From positions 34,675 through 98,674 of the forward strand of contig JAZBOG010000024.1 of NCBI GenBank assembly GCA_036351015.1: a DNA stretch of 64,000 bases, in the 5' to 3' direction. Under the pieces are notes generated by a model. The model was not told where the DNA came from. It searched no databases and was given only the letters and a program-made list of their open reading frames with translations. Positions 1-10,217 of the stretch are shown piece after piece (positions within the stretch are counted from its first letter, which is position 1; every line of letters begins with the position of its first letter). The position numbers and the translations under genes were made by a program. Origin of the DNA: Bacteroidales bacterium. GTDB taxonomy: Bacteria > Bacteroidota > Bacteroidia > Bacteroidales > UBA12077.

Positions 1-1
1 T

Positions 2-1648
2 TACCCCTAACAAAACATTAAATCCGTAGGAAGGGTAATAGTTCCACTCGTAGTATTTTTCAGAAAGTATATTATTCAACTGGATAAACCCTGATAGAAT
101 TTTTGAATACCGGTATTCAGCACCAATATTTATATCAATTACTGATTCAAGTTCGGCAAAGTCTCCCTGGTCTGATAATTTTGCATAGCGTTTACCCAGG
201 GTAAATACATCTCCTTTTAAAATAATTTTATCCCGCAAATTATACCTTGCCGAGAAAGTGAGATCAAAAGCCGGCTTATGCCAGGGTTTTAATTCACTAT
301 CCATTTTATACTCACGATAATTGGCTTTCACGTGCAGGTTTAGTTTTTCGCTTGGAGCCAAGGACAATTCTCCGAAATAATGAACCAGCTCGATATTGTC
401 ATAAACAACAGAGAATTGGTTTCCAGTGCTATCGGTAAGAGCCAGGTTATTTATATAAAATGGCATGTTATCGATCAATGAATAGGAAACTTTAAAATTA
501 TAATAAGTAGAAGAATTAAAATTCCCCCTTAATCCTCCATAAAGAATTAATTTATGATCGGTATTTAACATCCCGGTTCCCGGAACAATAAAAGGATTCC
601 GGGTGATTGTTTTTAAGAAACTATTCACCTCGGTTTTTCCGTCGACCCCGGCATAAGGAATCAGGAAGTGATTGGCTACATCATACTCAAGCAAACCCAC
701 GGGATAGTAAAAGGTATTGGTATTATCCTCCCGAATATCAGAGTAAATATTAATTCCTGCTTTAACCCGCCATTTATCTCCAAACTTACCGACCCAGGGT
801 TTGATTTCCACGATTGTATTATTGGAAGAGTCCACATTTTCGCTAACCGAATAATGTTCAACACCGAGTTGCACCCCGACCATTTCACGGGCAAAAATTT
901 TATGAACATCTCCTTTTATTTTAAAACCCAGTTCATGATTACTATAGTCATCTTTTACATAATCGAGTCCTACCCTAAAATCATAATTGATATGGTTCGA
1001 ATCCACATGAGTGCTTTTATAACTTGTATTAACGTTGAACTGCAGGTACTTTTGCTTAATCTCTTCTTTCTCCATCGAAGTATCTACCTGCGTATCAAAG
1101 CCATAAAAATATCGCGTATCTCCTTTAACGCCAATATCACCCTGCAGCGTAGAATTTTTGAAGAATTTTTTACCAAACAACTGCAAATCATTATCACTAT
1201 ACCCTGCAAAAACACGGTCATCATTTAATAAGGTTACTTTTGCATAGGATGCATCATATTTATAATAAGCACCCAGAGAATAATCTTCGGAACGCTTACT
1301 GTTAATATAAGCTTCGAGCAAAGGAAGCGTTTTGGTTCCGACACCAACTTTCAGGTACGACTGATAAAGTTTGGTTAAAGGTTCACTAACCATCCGGGCA
1401 GCTTTTATGGGCTCAATGGTATAGCCAACATTAACGGGTTTGGTTTGCAAAAGGTAATTTACCTGGGGAATCACTTTTACCGTATCCGATATTTTGGGTA
1501 AATACGATATTTTATTTGCATCGGATATGGTTGGTTCATAAGGCTTAACAACTTTTACCTCCTTAGTTAAATCCTGCTGGGAATAAGCATCTAACCCTGT
1601 AGCCAGGAATAGAATCCATACAATATATAAGATCAACTTGTAGTTCAT
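2..1648 (-). CDS. Outer-membrane beta-barrel / TonB-dependent-receptor-like protein, 3' end runs off the window
   Basis: Absent from the ORF track because no stop lies in the window. Translated both ends by hand: ATG at 1648 gives MNYKLILYIVWILFLATGLDAYSQQDLTKEVKVVKPYEPTISDANKI (signal peptide); the same frame ends ...KYYEWNYYPSYGFNVLLGV, typical of terminal beta-strands. Usual Bacteroidota partner of the upstream TPR gene. Confidence 0.85.
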   Translation of the reverse strand, partial: MNYKLILYIVWILFLATGLDAYSQQDLTKEVKVVKPYEPTISDANKISYLPKISDTVKVIPQVNYLLQTKPVNVGYTIEPIKAARMVSEPLTKLYQSYLKVGVGTKTLPLLEAYINSKRSEDYSLGAYYKYDASYAKVTLLNDDRVFAGYSDNDLQLFGKKFFKNSTLQGDIGVKGDTRYFYGFDTQVDTSMEKEEIKQKYLQFNVNTSYKSTHVDSNHINYDFRVGLDYVKDDYSNHELGFKIKGDVHKIFAREMVGVQLGVEHYSVSENVDSSNNTIVEIKPWVGKFGDKWRVKAGINIYSDIREDNTNTFYYPVGLLEYDVANHFLIPYAGVDGKTEVNSFLKTITRNPFIVPGTGMLNTDHKLILYGGLRGNFNSSTYYNFKVSYSLIDNMPFYINNLALTDSTGNQFSVVYDNIELVHYFGELSLAPSEKLNLHVKANYREYKMDSELKPWHKPAFDLTFSARYNLRDKIILKGDVFTLGKRYAKLSDQGDFAELESVIDINIGAEYRYSKILSGFIQLNNILSEKYYEWNYYPSYGFNVLLGV

Positions 1649-1692
1649 ACGTCATTCATTTATGTTCATCATTATGTACATCAAACGGACCA

Positions 1693-4600
1693 TTAATTAT
1701 CCGTAGTATTTCCATCTAATTCCAAAAGGATTTCCTCAGATTTCTCCTCCTCAATATTACTCTTCTCCTCATCATCGAGCATCTGGTTGTATTTCTCTTT
1801 GGCTATCCGAACAATATCGTCCCTGGCCTCAGGATTATAGTTATCAATAATACTTTTCAGGGTATGCTTAGCCTGGAACAGATCGTCCTTGGCGATGTAA
1901 ACATCCGAAAGTAAAATAAATGCTTTAGCTAACCAATACTCCTGGGAAGTATTCTGAGAGGCGAAATCGAAGATTTCATGCTCCGCAATGTCATATTTTT
2001 TATCCTTAAAGTAGATTTCGGCTATCCAATATTTTGCTTCAGCTCCCTCCCTGCTGTTAACATCTTCGGAGATAATCCTGAATTCATCAATAGCCAGATC
2101 GTCATTACCGGTTTTAACCAACGATTTTCCTTTTTTATAACGGGCCTCACGAATTAATTCGTCGCTAATTTTTTCGGTATGCAATAATTTATCGGCAGTC
2201 TGAATGGTATTACGATAATTCTCCAGTCGATAGTTGCAACGCATCTGTCCAACCCTTGATTCCAACAGGTGACTGTTCAGTTCGGCAATTTTCTCTAACC
2301 GGGTAAAATGTTCAAGAGCCTGCTGATAATTTTCCTGGTTATAATTTATAAATGCTGCCTGGAGCAATGCCTGCTCGGTAAATGTATTTTTCGGTTTCCC
2401 TATAACGTAGTTATAGGCTTCGAGAGCTTTTCCGTTTTGTCCCATCCTGCTGTAACATTCGGCAAGATAAAAATGAGCATTTAACACAAACGAGCCATCC
2501 TTAAATTCGGTTAAATAATTGTTTAGCTGGATCACAGACCGTTCACAATCGCCACTCATATACAGCTTTTCTGCAGAAATATAGGTTAATGAATCCTGTT
2601 CACTAATGCTTATATCGGCAAATTCGCCCAGGCTGTTGGCATAGGCAAAGTAAGTATCCACCTCATTCATATCCACATAGATATTCTTGATGCCTGTCAG
2701 GGCATTTTTTGCCTCGGGAGTTCCCGGATACTCGGCAACTACCCGCTTATAGTATTTAAGGGCATCATCATTGTTATCCTTGTTATAACTGATCAGTCCC
2801 AGTTGTACCAGTGATTTTTTCACATAACTGCTGGCGGGGAACTCATCTACAATTCTCTGATATAACTGTAAAGCCTGATCAGCATTTTGCTGATCAAGGT
2901 TACTTTTAGCCATTTCAAAGAGGGCATCATCCACATAGGCCGACGCGGGGTGTTCACGAACCAGTTGCTGCATGGTATTAATTTTCTTTTCCGGACGGTT
3001 TAGTAACCCCAAAGCAAATCCTCGCTGGAAAAGTGCATAATCCTTATCCAGCAATCCAATCTCGACCGCCTGATCGTAATACTCAATAGCTGTCCAGTAG
3101 CTCCGGCTGATAAAATAGCTGTCGCCGATCCGGTTATATGCATCGGCTACGGTTCGTGTATTTTCATCATCGGTAAAACCGGTATATTTTCTAAACCATT
3201 TAATCGCATTGGGATAGTCTTTTAGCTTAAAGTAGGCATACCCCATGTTATAGTGAGCCAGTTCATATTCATCCAGGGCAAAAGCTCCGGTAGTCAATAA
3301 AAAATTATCATAGCCTTCCACTGCTTTTTCAAAGTTTCCCAGCTGATAGTAAGCCTCCGCTTTCCAATAATTGGCCTGGGCATAAATTGCTTTATTATAT
3401 CCCGGATACTGCAAGGATTTATTGAATGTTTCAATGGCCTGCTCATAATGCAGGTTATTATATAACTCCAGTCCACGGTAATATGCCACTTTCTGGTAAG
3501 CTTCTTTCATCGAGTGGTCCATTTCGGATATTTTCTCCAGGGATTGAAGGGCTTCCTTGTAATTGCTGGTATACATATAGGCCATCACCAGGAAATTATA
3601 GGCATCATCGATGCGCGACGACCGGGGATAAAGCTCGATAAAGTCATGGAAAGCATCAATGGCCTCATTAAACGGAGAATGAAACAATTCATAGGTTAAT
3701 AAGGCATAGTTAAAAAGTGCTTCTTCCTTAATCCCGGGATCAAAATTGAGTTTGGAAGCAAACTCAAAAGCAAACCGGGCTTTTTTCTTTTGATCGAGTT
3801 CGATATAACAATCAGCCAGGTGGAAGTAGGCATTCTGAGCCAATGCATCATCTTCTCCGGTTGCCTTTTCAAAGGCTACCGCTGCGCTGTCGAACTGTTC
3901 TGCCCGGTAATAACAGTATCCCAACTGATAATTATCTTCACGGGAGATATTTTTGGCTTCACTGGCATGTCGTTGCAGATATTCCAATGCTTTCCCGAAT
4001 TCCTGTTTTTTATAATACGAGTCGCCAATAATCTTGGCTATTTCGGGTGCACGTTTTGCACTTGCCGACTCCAGAAGGTCCGGTGCATAATTGATCACCT
4101 CATCATATTTATCCTGCAGATAATAGATCTGGGTAATATAATAGGGAACTACCGGAGCGAACGTTTCGTTGTTACTTAATCGCTGGAATCCCTGCAAGGC
4201 GGTTTCATAATTTTTATCCTCGTAAGCAATATGAGAATAATAGTAAAGAGCCGGTGCAGTATATTTGGTATTGACCTCAATAATCTCGTAAAAGGCGGAA
4301 CCAGCCTCATCATAGTCACCCTTCATAAAATAACTGTACCCCAGCTTAAAATAATACTCCGAAAGCTCTTCCTGATCCAGCTGCCGTTTATCAATCCGAT
4401 GAAACCAGTCGATGGCCTGGCGGTATTTTTTTTGGCGGTACTGAAATCGCCCCATATGAAACCGGGCCATATTAACCTTCGAATTCTCAGGGTACTCGGC
4501 AATAAAGGTAGAAATAAGGTATTCAGCATCCTCGTTAAACAACTCCATCGCGCATAAAGCCTCATAATACCTGGCATTTGCCTTAAATTCAGGTTGCCTG

Positions 4601-4794
4601 TCACCATAAAGTTCAATGGCATTGCGAAAATGTTTTTGAGCGACCCCGTATTTTTCCTTTTCAAAAAGTTCTAACCCGGCTTTATAAGCCTGGTCAGGAT
4701 CCTTAAATTGCATGGTTTCCTGGGCATAGCCTGTGCCAGACCAAAAAATTAATATACTTAATGCCAGGTTGATAATATGTTTTCCCTGTATCAT
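1693..4794 (-). CDS. Large exported tetratricopeptide-repeat protein
   Basis: 1033 aa, signal peptide, many TPR-like units (YYFKLGYSYF, YNMGYAYF, YNRIGDSYF). Confidence 0.92.
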   Translation of the reverse strand: MIQGKHIINLALSILIFWSGTGYAQETMQFKDPDQAYKAGLELFEKEKYGVAQKHFRNAIELYGDRQPEFKANARYYEALCAMELFNEDAEYLISTFIAEYPENSKVNMARFHMGRFQYRQKKYRQAIDWFHRIDKRQLDQEELSEYYFKLGYSYFMKGDYDEAGSAFYEIIEVNTKYTAPALYYYSHIAYEDKNYETALQGFQRLSNNETFAPVVPYYITQIYYLQDKYDEVINYAPDLLESASAKRAPEIAKIIGDSYYKKQEFGKALEYLQRHASEAKNISREDNYQLGYCYYRAEQFDSAAVAFEKATGEDDALAQNAYFHLADCYIELDQKKKARFAFEFASKLNFDPGIKEEALFNYALLTYELFHSPFNEAIDAFHDFIELYPRSSRIDDAYNFLVMAYMYTSNYKEALQSLEKISEMDHSMKEAYQKVAYYRGLELYNNLHYEQAIETFNKSLQYPGYNKAIYAQANYWKAEAYYQLGNFEKAVEGYDNFLLTTGAFALDEYELAHYNMGYAYFKLKDYPNAIKWFRKYTGFTDDENTRTVADAYNRIGDSYFISRSYWTAIEYYDQAVEIGLLDKDYALFQRGFALGLLNRPEKKINTMQQLVREHPASAYVDDALFEMAKSNLDQQNADQALQLYQRIVDEFPASSYVKKSLVQLGLISYNKDNNDDALKYYKRVVAEYPGTPEAKNALTGIKNIYVDMNEVDTYFAYANSLGEFADISISEQDSLTYISAEKLYMSGDCERSVIQLNNYLTEFKDGSFVLNAHFYLAECYSRMGQNGKALEAYNYVIGKPKNTFTEQALLQAAFINYNQENYQQALEHFTRLEKIAELNSHLLESRVGQMRCNYRLENYRNTIQTADKLLHTEKISDELIREARYKKGKSLVKTGNDDLAIDEFRIISEDVNSREGAEAKYWIAEIYFKDKKYDIAEHEIFDFASQNTSQEYWLAKAFILLSDVYIAKDDLFQAKHTLKSIIDNYNPEARDDIVRIAKEKYNQMLDDEEKSNIEEEKSEEILLELDGNTTDN

Positions 4795-4965
4795 AGATCT
4801 GTCGTCTTGAAATTCGCACTAATTTAAAAAGAATAAACGGAACAGGACCTGATATCCTGTGATTTTAATTAACATAAAACTGTTAATTTCCTTAAAATAT
4901 TATCCTTCCCCTGCAATATATTATTTACTTATTAACAATACCTGTTTCCGTTTTAAATTTTTATC

Positions 4966-4973
4966 TACATTTG
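4966..4973 (+). promoter_or_regulatory. Bacteroidota housekeeping promoter -7 box for the small ORF/ftsE unit
   Basis: TACATTTG matches TAnnTTTG, 21 nt before ATG 4995. Confidence 0.65.
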
Positions 4974-4994
4974 TGATAAAGCAAATAGTGTACC

Positions 4995-5192
4995 ATGTAT
5001 TTTTTAAAAACCAGGGGAACAGACAAAATTCCTGATTATGTTCAGATCAGGGATGATCATTTTGTCTTAATTGCACATTTTAAAACCAAACATCCCGAAC
5101 AACAGATTAAAAAATTTGGGTTAGAGCTATTTAAAGTACGTATAGAACAGCTTATCGAAGAAGCACCCTTTGGAACCCTTTATAAATTATAA
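4995..5192 (+). CDS. Small conserved hypothetical protein
   Basis: 65 aa, KIPDYVQIRDDHFVLIAHF motif resembles a small Bacteroidota family; has its own promoter and lies 5 nt before ftsE. Confidence 0.7.
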   Translation: MYFLKTRGTDKIPDYVQIRDDHFVLIAHFKTKHPEQQIKKFGLELFKVRIEQLIEEAPFGTLYKL

Positions 5193-5197
5193 CGCCT

Positions 5198-5911
5198 ATG
5201 GCTTTAGATACAATCATTGAATTTGAAAATGCACAAATTTTTCAGAAGGACAATCTGATTTTAAAAGATGTTAATCTTGCTATTAGCAAGGGGGAGTTTG
5301 TATATTTTATTGGAAAAGTTGGTAGTGGCAAAACCAGTTTAATCAAGACCATGAATGCTGAAATTCCGCTCCTCGAAGGGGAAGGAAAAATTGCGGGTTT
5401 TGATCTGACCAAAATAAAAACCAAACAGGTACCTCATCTGCGCAGAAAGCTGGGCATTGTTTTCCAGGACTTTAAGTTATTAACTGACCGTTCGGTGTAT
5501 GACAATTTACTTTTTGTTTTAAGATCCACCGGCTGGAAGAACAAGAGTGAGATCAACGACCGTATTGCCGATGTACTGGACCGCGTTGGTTTGAGTTACA
5601 AGGGCTACAAGATGCCTCATCAGCTTTCGGGAGGTGAACAACAACGGGTGGTGATTGCCCGGGCCTTGCTGAATGATCCTGAGATTATTCTGGCCGACGA
5701 ACCCACCGGGAACCTGGATCCCGAAACCTCGGAAAACCTGATGAAAATCCTCTTTGACATCAGCAACAACGGCCGTGCGGTAATTATGGCCACTCACGAT
5801 TACAATATGGTTAAAAAATTTACTGCCCGAACGATAAAATTTGCCGACGGGAAAGTCATCGAACAGGACCAGACCAAAGAGATTGATTTTGACAGTTTAA
5901 AAGAGACCTAA
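5198..5911 (+). CDS. ftsE: Cell division ATP-binding protein FtsE
   Basis: Walker [43 protein letters not shown]. Confidence 0.85.
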   Translation: MALDTIIEFENAQIFQKDNLILKDVNLAISKGEFVYFIGKVGSGKTSLIKTMNAEIPLLEGEGKIAGFDLTKIKTKQVPHLRRKLGIVFQDFKLLTDRSVYDNLLFVLRSTGWKNKSEINDRIADVLDRVGLSYKGYKMPHQLSGGEQQRVVIARALLNDPEIILADEPTGNLDPETSENLMKILFDISNNGRAVIMATHDYNMVKKFTARTIKFADGKVIEQDQTKEIDFDSLKET

Positions 5912-5912
5912 A

Positions 5913-7181
5913 CTACCGAGTTTTAAAAATATGTTTTATTTCCCGGAAATCATTTCTGGTTAACCAGAAATGACTGATTTTTAGTTTTCCGATTCTGCAA
6001 AAACTAATAAACTTTACCATCGTGGTCGAAAAGTAGGATAATGAAGCTGCCAGGCCGGCACCAATTACCCCATACCTGGGAATTAGCACAACAGATAATC
6101 CAACAATAACAAGTACTCCTGCAATACTGCTGATACTATTGATATAATGCTTCCCGGTTCCTGAAAAATAGGAGCTGATAATAAAAGAAATACTAAAAAA
6201 CAGAATCCCCGGCGACAGTGATTGAATAATGGCCTGCATATTGATAAACTCTTCCCCAAAAATAAACTGATAGAACGAGGATGGAATAAACACAAAGACC
6301 AGGATGGCAAGAAGAGCCAGTACTCCGGCCAGTTTAATGAATTTAAGGGTAAGATTGACGGTATATTGCTGATCCCTGGAGTTTACAATACGCGAATGTT
6401 GAACATAAGCAATACTTCGGCTTAGGATCCAGACAGACTCAATTAACGAAACGGCATTGGAATAGATTCCCACATCAGCAACACTCACAAAATGATTTAA
6501 AAAATAATAAGCCAGCCGGAAGCTTAACACCTGGGCTAAAATATCAAGCTGATTATATGATCCGTATTTCAGATGTTTCTTAATCCCGATAAAATACTTA
6601 TAGAAAGGAAACGAATAGGTAGCTCCCAGGTAATCATTGAATGTAAAAAGATAACTTAAAATGGCCGCCAGAGCATACCCAAAATATAAAGCAATGATAT
6701 AGGAATTAATGGACGCTCTCTTTTGAATGACGATTAAATAAACCAGTACTATTAAAGTTATTAATATCTGAAGAATGGTAACATAGTTTACCTGTTGAAT
6801 TTTTTTCCGGGCATGAAGAATTGCATTATTAATATTGGTAATCGAAAGGATCAGAGATAGACCGACAACCTGCAGATGGTATTCTTCAGGTACAATGGAT
6901 ACCAGGGATAAGAACAATTTGAGTCCAAAAGCCATGAATAATGCCCAGAAATAAGCCGGAATAACCAACAGGGAGAAATGAAACCTTGGTAAAAGATAGG
7001 TTAATCCTCCAGAACCAATGATCCCGGCAAAAATAAGGACAAAAGCAATGGTTGTAATAATCAACCCCTGCACACCCTTTCCTTCAGCTCCCAGGTAGTT
7101 GGATATCATAATGGCTATCACCAGGTTAAATACCCCGGAAAGTATTTTGGTAAAAAAGGTGTTGACGATTTGTTTAAACAT
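5913..7181 (-). CDS. Wzx-like polysaccharide flippase (MOP superfamily)
   Basis: 422 aa polytopic membrane protein, YLGAEGKG near the N-terminus, LIPRYGVIGAGLA near the C-terminus. Confidence 0.85.
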   Translation of the reverse strand: MFKQIVNTFFTKILSGVFNLVIAIMISNYLGAEGKGVQGLIITTIAFVLIFAGIIGSGGLTYLLPRFHFSLLVIPAYFWALFMAFGLKLFLSLVSIVPEEYHLQVVGLSLILSITNINNAILHARKKIQQVNYVTILQILITLIVLVYLIVIQKRASINSYIIALYFGYALAAILSYLFTFNDYLGATYSFPFYKYFIGIKKHLKYGSYNQLDILAQVLSFRLAYYFLNHFVSVADVGIYSNAVSLIESVWILSRSIAYVQHSRIVNSRDQQYTVNLTLKFIKLAGVLALLAILVFVFIPSSFYQFIFGEEFINMQAIIQSLSPGILFFSISFIISSYFSGTGKHYINSISSIAGVLVIVGLSVVLIPRYGVIGAGLAASLSYFSTTMVKFISFCRIGKLKISHFWLTRNDFREIKHIFKTR

Positions 7182-8322
7182 TTAAAATCTCCTGATAGAT
7201 TTGATGATATTTTTCACCGACCTTCATAAAACTAAAATTTTCGAAAGCATAATTTGCAAGCAATTGTTTATCAAAATCCTGGTAATGATCAAGCATAAAA
7301 TTCAATTGTCCGATCAGTTGTTCTTCATTTCCTTTTTCGATCAGGACTCCCTTATCGCGATCCAGGTGCTCCCTGATTCCTCCCACATCGGTGGATAATA
7401 CCGGCAATCCGGCAGCAAAAGCTTCCACAATAACACAAGGCAGATTTTCGTAGTTACTGAACAACACTAAAAATGCAGACTGTCTCATGTATTCTGCCAC
7501 TTCGTAATATGTTTTTTTCCCGCAGAAAAAAACATATTTGCCAGTTAACCCCAGAGAGTCAGATAAATCTTTCAAATAATTATTCTCTTCTGAATGAATA
7601 ATATTTAACATAAAATCCTGCCTTTGAAACCGCAGTTTTGATATACTGCGTAATAATCCCGAGATATTTTTATGTTTATCCCGTATGTTGGATACATGTA
7701 AGATCTTCTTTTCTCTTTTCCCGGCAGGCAAAAGGTGTTTAAATGCTTTTGTATCGACGACATTAGGGACCACCCTGTAATCTGCATTGATTCCTGAATC
7801 GATCATTGCATGCATTAAATTAGCTGTTACAGGCATAACTTTCTTTGCCTTTTTCCCAATATAATTATAAAAGCGTCGTTTAAAAAAATTAATCCGTTGA
7901 TAAGTTCCATTTAAAAATCCGGTCCAATGCTCGGTAAACAGGTAGGGGATTTTATAGAAAACAGAAAGCATAAATACAACACTCCCGATAGGGTATAATA
8001 CATTTCCATGAATAAGATCGGGGTTTCCAAACCTCTTGTGAATGTAACGAAATCCTTTTAAATAATGAAAGAGATAGGATAAATGTCCCAGGCTCTTCTT
8101 TTTAAAATAAATTATTATCTCGATCAGATTTTCCTGATCCCTCTTCTCAATCCGCTGAGACTTTTTATGCATTTTCTTATCCTGAATAACATGTAAGCAG
8201 ATCACCTTGTTATAAAAACCAACTGCTTGTGCATGTCGTTTAACAAAATCACCGCGAAAAGGAAATAATCGGGTCGGATACCAGGAGGATAAAAAAAGTA
8301 TTGTATATTTATCTGATTGCAT
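7174..8322 (-). CDS. Glycosyltransferase family 4
   Basis: SNYENLPCVIVEAFAAGLPVLSTDVGGI (EX7E motif), N-terminal SWYP; overlaps the flippase start. Confidence 0.92.
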   Translation of the reverse strand: MQSDKYTILFLSSWYPTRLFPFRGDFVKRHAQAVGFYNKVICLHVIQDKKMHKKSQRIEKRDQENLIEIIIYFKKKSLGHLSYLFHYLKGFRYIHKRFGNPDLIHGNVLYPIGSVVFMLSVFYKIPYLFTEHWTGFLNGTYQRINFFKRRFYNYIGKKAKKVMPVTANLMHAMIDSGINADYRVVPNVVDTKAFKHLLPAGKREKKILHVSNIRDKHKNISGLLRSISKLRFQRQDFMLNIIHSEENNYLKDLSDSLGLTGKYVFFCGKKTYYEVAEYMRQSAFLVLFSNYENLPCVIVEAFAAGLPVLSTDVGGIREHLDRDKGVLIEKGNEEQLIGQLNFMLDHYQDFDKQLLANYAFENFSFMKVGEKYHQIYQEILNV

Positions 8323-8371
8323 AAACTAAAAATATAGTCAAAACTATTGAAAATAAAATAATGAACAAAGC

Positions 8372-9241
8372 ATGACAGTAAATTTGCTTATCATCGGGGC
8401 AGGACGAAGCGGAACAACCAGCTTAAGTGAATATCTGAAACAGCATCCGGAGGTTTGTTTTTCAACGATTAAAGAAATCCCTTATTTCTCCATTGAAGAT
8501 ATCTATCGACGGGGTGAAAACTATTATCATTCATTCTTCAGAGACATTCAGAAGCCGGTAATTGCATCCTCAGACACCTATCTTCTTATTGATCATGATG
8601 CACCTCTAAGAATAAAGCAATACAATCATGCAATGAAGTTTATCATCATGCTGCGGGAACCCGTTGAAAGAGCCTATTCTTCTTACATTTATGCAATAAA
8701 CAACGGACATCAGAACAAAAAGATAAGTTTTGCCAGATCTTTCGAACTTGAACCGGAAAATATCAACACAAAAAATCTTGTTACACAAAACAATCTAGGT
8801 CACTTCTATTCAGGGTTATATCATAAACATATTACAACGTGGATGAGACACTTCCCAAAAGAGAACTTTCTGCTTTTAAAAACGAAGGATTTAAAAAACA
8901 ATACAACCAGAACATTAAAACAAGTCAGCACATTCCTGGATATTTCTGATTTCAATGATCCTTCGGAGATACATATTAATCAGGCTGCAGGGGTTCAGTC
9001 GATGTTCCTGCATCGATTATTCATAGACCGGGACAACCTGATGAGAAGATTCTTCCGATCGATCACTCCGGATTTTATCAAACAAAGGATTTTTACCTCG
9101 GGAATAATTGAAAAAATAAAAAAGATAAATACCAAAAAAAAGGTCTACCAGGTGCTCAATGAGGAAGACAGGAAAAAAGTAATGCCCTATTTTACAGAAG
9201 ATTTAGAAAAACTGGAAAAAGAGTTTCATATTACCTTTTAA
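8372..9241 (+). CDS. PAPS-dependent sulfotransferase
   Basis: 5'-PSB loop IIGAGRSGTTSL, LKQHPEV, 3'-PB LREPVERAYSSY. Confidence 0.9.
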   Translation: MTVNLLIIGAGRSGTTSLSEYLKQHPEVCFSTIKEIPYFSIEDIYRRGENYYHSFFRDIQKPVIASSDTYLLIDHDAPLRIKQYNHAMKFIIMLREPVERAYSSYIYAINNGHQNKKISFARSFELEPENINTKNLVTQNNLGHFYSGLYHKHITTWMRHFPKENFLLLKTKDLKNNTTRTLKQVSTFLDISDFNDPSEIHINQAAGVQSMFLHRLFIDRDNLMRRFFRSITPDFIKQRIFTSGIIEKIKKINTKKKVYQVLNEEDRKKVMPYFTEDLEKLEKEFHITF

Positions 9242-10217
9242 TGAAATTCCTGCGAATCATCTTTTTTATCAGATAAGCGAAATATTCATTTTTCAGGGTG
9301 GCTTTCGCGGAGGAATTCTTAATTTCAAAGGGTACCCGTTGAATATGGAATTTAAAAAACTCATCTTTTAATCCTGCACAGCCAAAAGTTAAATCAGGTT
9401 TATTAGTATAATCGGAATAAAGGGTTTCAAAAAATTCTGCCGACACGTTAAAATCGGTAAAAGGAAAAGCAAAAAAATTATTTTTAGGATTTAATTCCTT
9501 CTGAACCCATGCCATACTCTGAGTAGCCTGGTTTAACTGCTCATCTAATGAGAGGTTATAGAATTCAGGATGGTCAATACTGTGCGCACCCAGGGCAAAC
9601 TGGTCATTTTGCATGGCTTTTAACTGTGGGGTCGTAAGGTATGGCATATTTTTCTTCAGGTACTCTGAAAAATCAAGTTCCAAAAGATTGGCCAACAAAT
9701 CCAGCCTATCCTTTCCAGGATAATCAATTCGCAGAACAGCCTGCCGGATGGAATAACTATCGGCAGCAGGAATCTTCAATACCCGGGCCACAGACTTCAG
9801 CACCGAGTGATGCTTTCTGTTTTTAATGGTTTCAAGAATTATACTTGCTTTATAGCGATAAAACAAATCTTTATTGTCAACAAAAGCCGGGTTCACAAAA
9901 AACAGCGCAGGAATGCCCTTTTGTTTCAACAGCGGAAGGATAAATGTTTTTATTTCCTGTAAACCATCATCAAATGTGAAAAGAACACGATTCCCCCTGA
10001 TTGGTCTGTCATTTTTTAATAAATCAACCAAGGTATTGCTATCAATGGGATCATAATATTTTAAAAAAAACTCAATATCAGCTTTAAACTGCTGAAAAGA
10101 ACGAACGGGGTACAAATTTTTCAAATGAGCGGGAGGGTCATCATTTACCGCATGGTATAAGGGTAAAAGTAACCGTTTATTGGATATTTTAATTAATGAT
10201 TTAAGCATCAGATCCAA
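9231..10217 (-). CDS. Polysaccharide deacetylase (CE4/NodB-like)
   Basis: LYHAV, FTFDDG, GAHSIDH, FAFPF motifs. Confidence 0.88.
   Translation of the reverse strand: MDLMLKSLIKISNKRLLLPLYHAVNDDPPAHLKNLYPVRSFQQFKADIEFFLKYYDPIDSNTLVDLLKNDRPIRGNRVLFTFDDGLQEIKTFILPLLKQKGIPALFFVNPAFVDNKDLFYRYKASIILETIKNRKHHSVLKSVARVLKIPAADSYSIRQAVLRIDYPGKDRLDLLANLLELDFSEYLKKNMPYLTTPQLKAMQNDQFALGAHSIDHPEFYNLSLDEQLNQATQSMAWVQKELNPKNNFFAFPFTDFNVSAEFFETLYSDYTNKPDLTFGCAGLKDEFFKFHIQRVPFEIKNSSAKATLKNEYFAYLIKKMIRRNFIKR

Noticed and set aside
668-1228. 186-aa plus-strand ORF
   Set aside because: Antisense shadow of the minus-strand beta-barrel gene 2-1648 that the ORF track missed.
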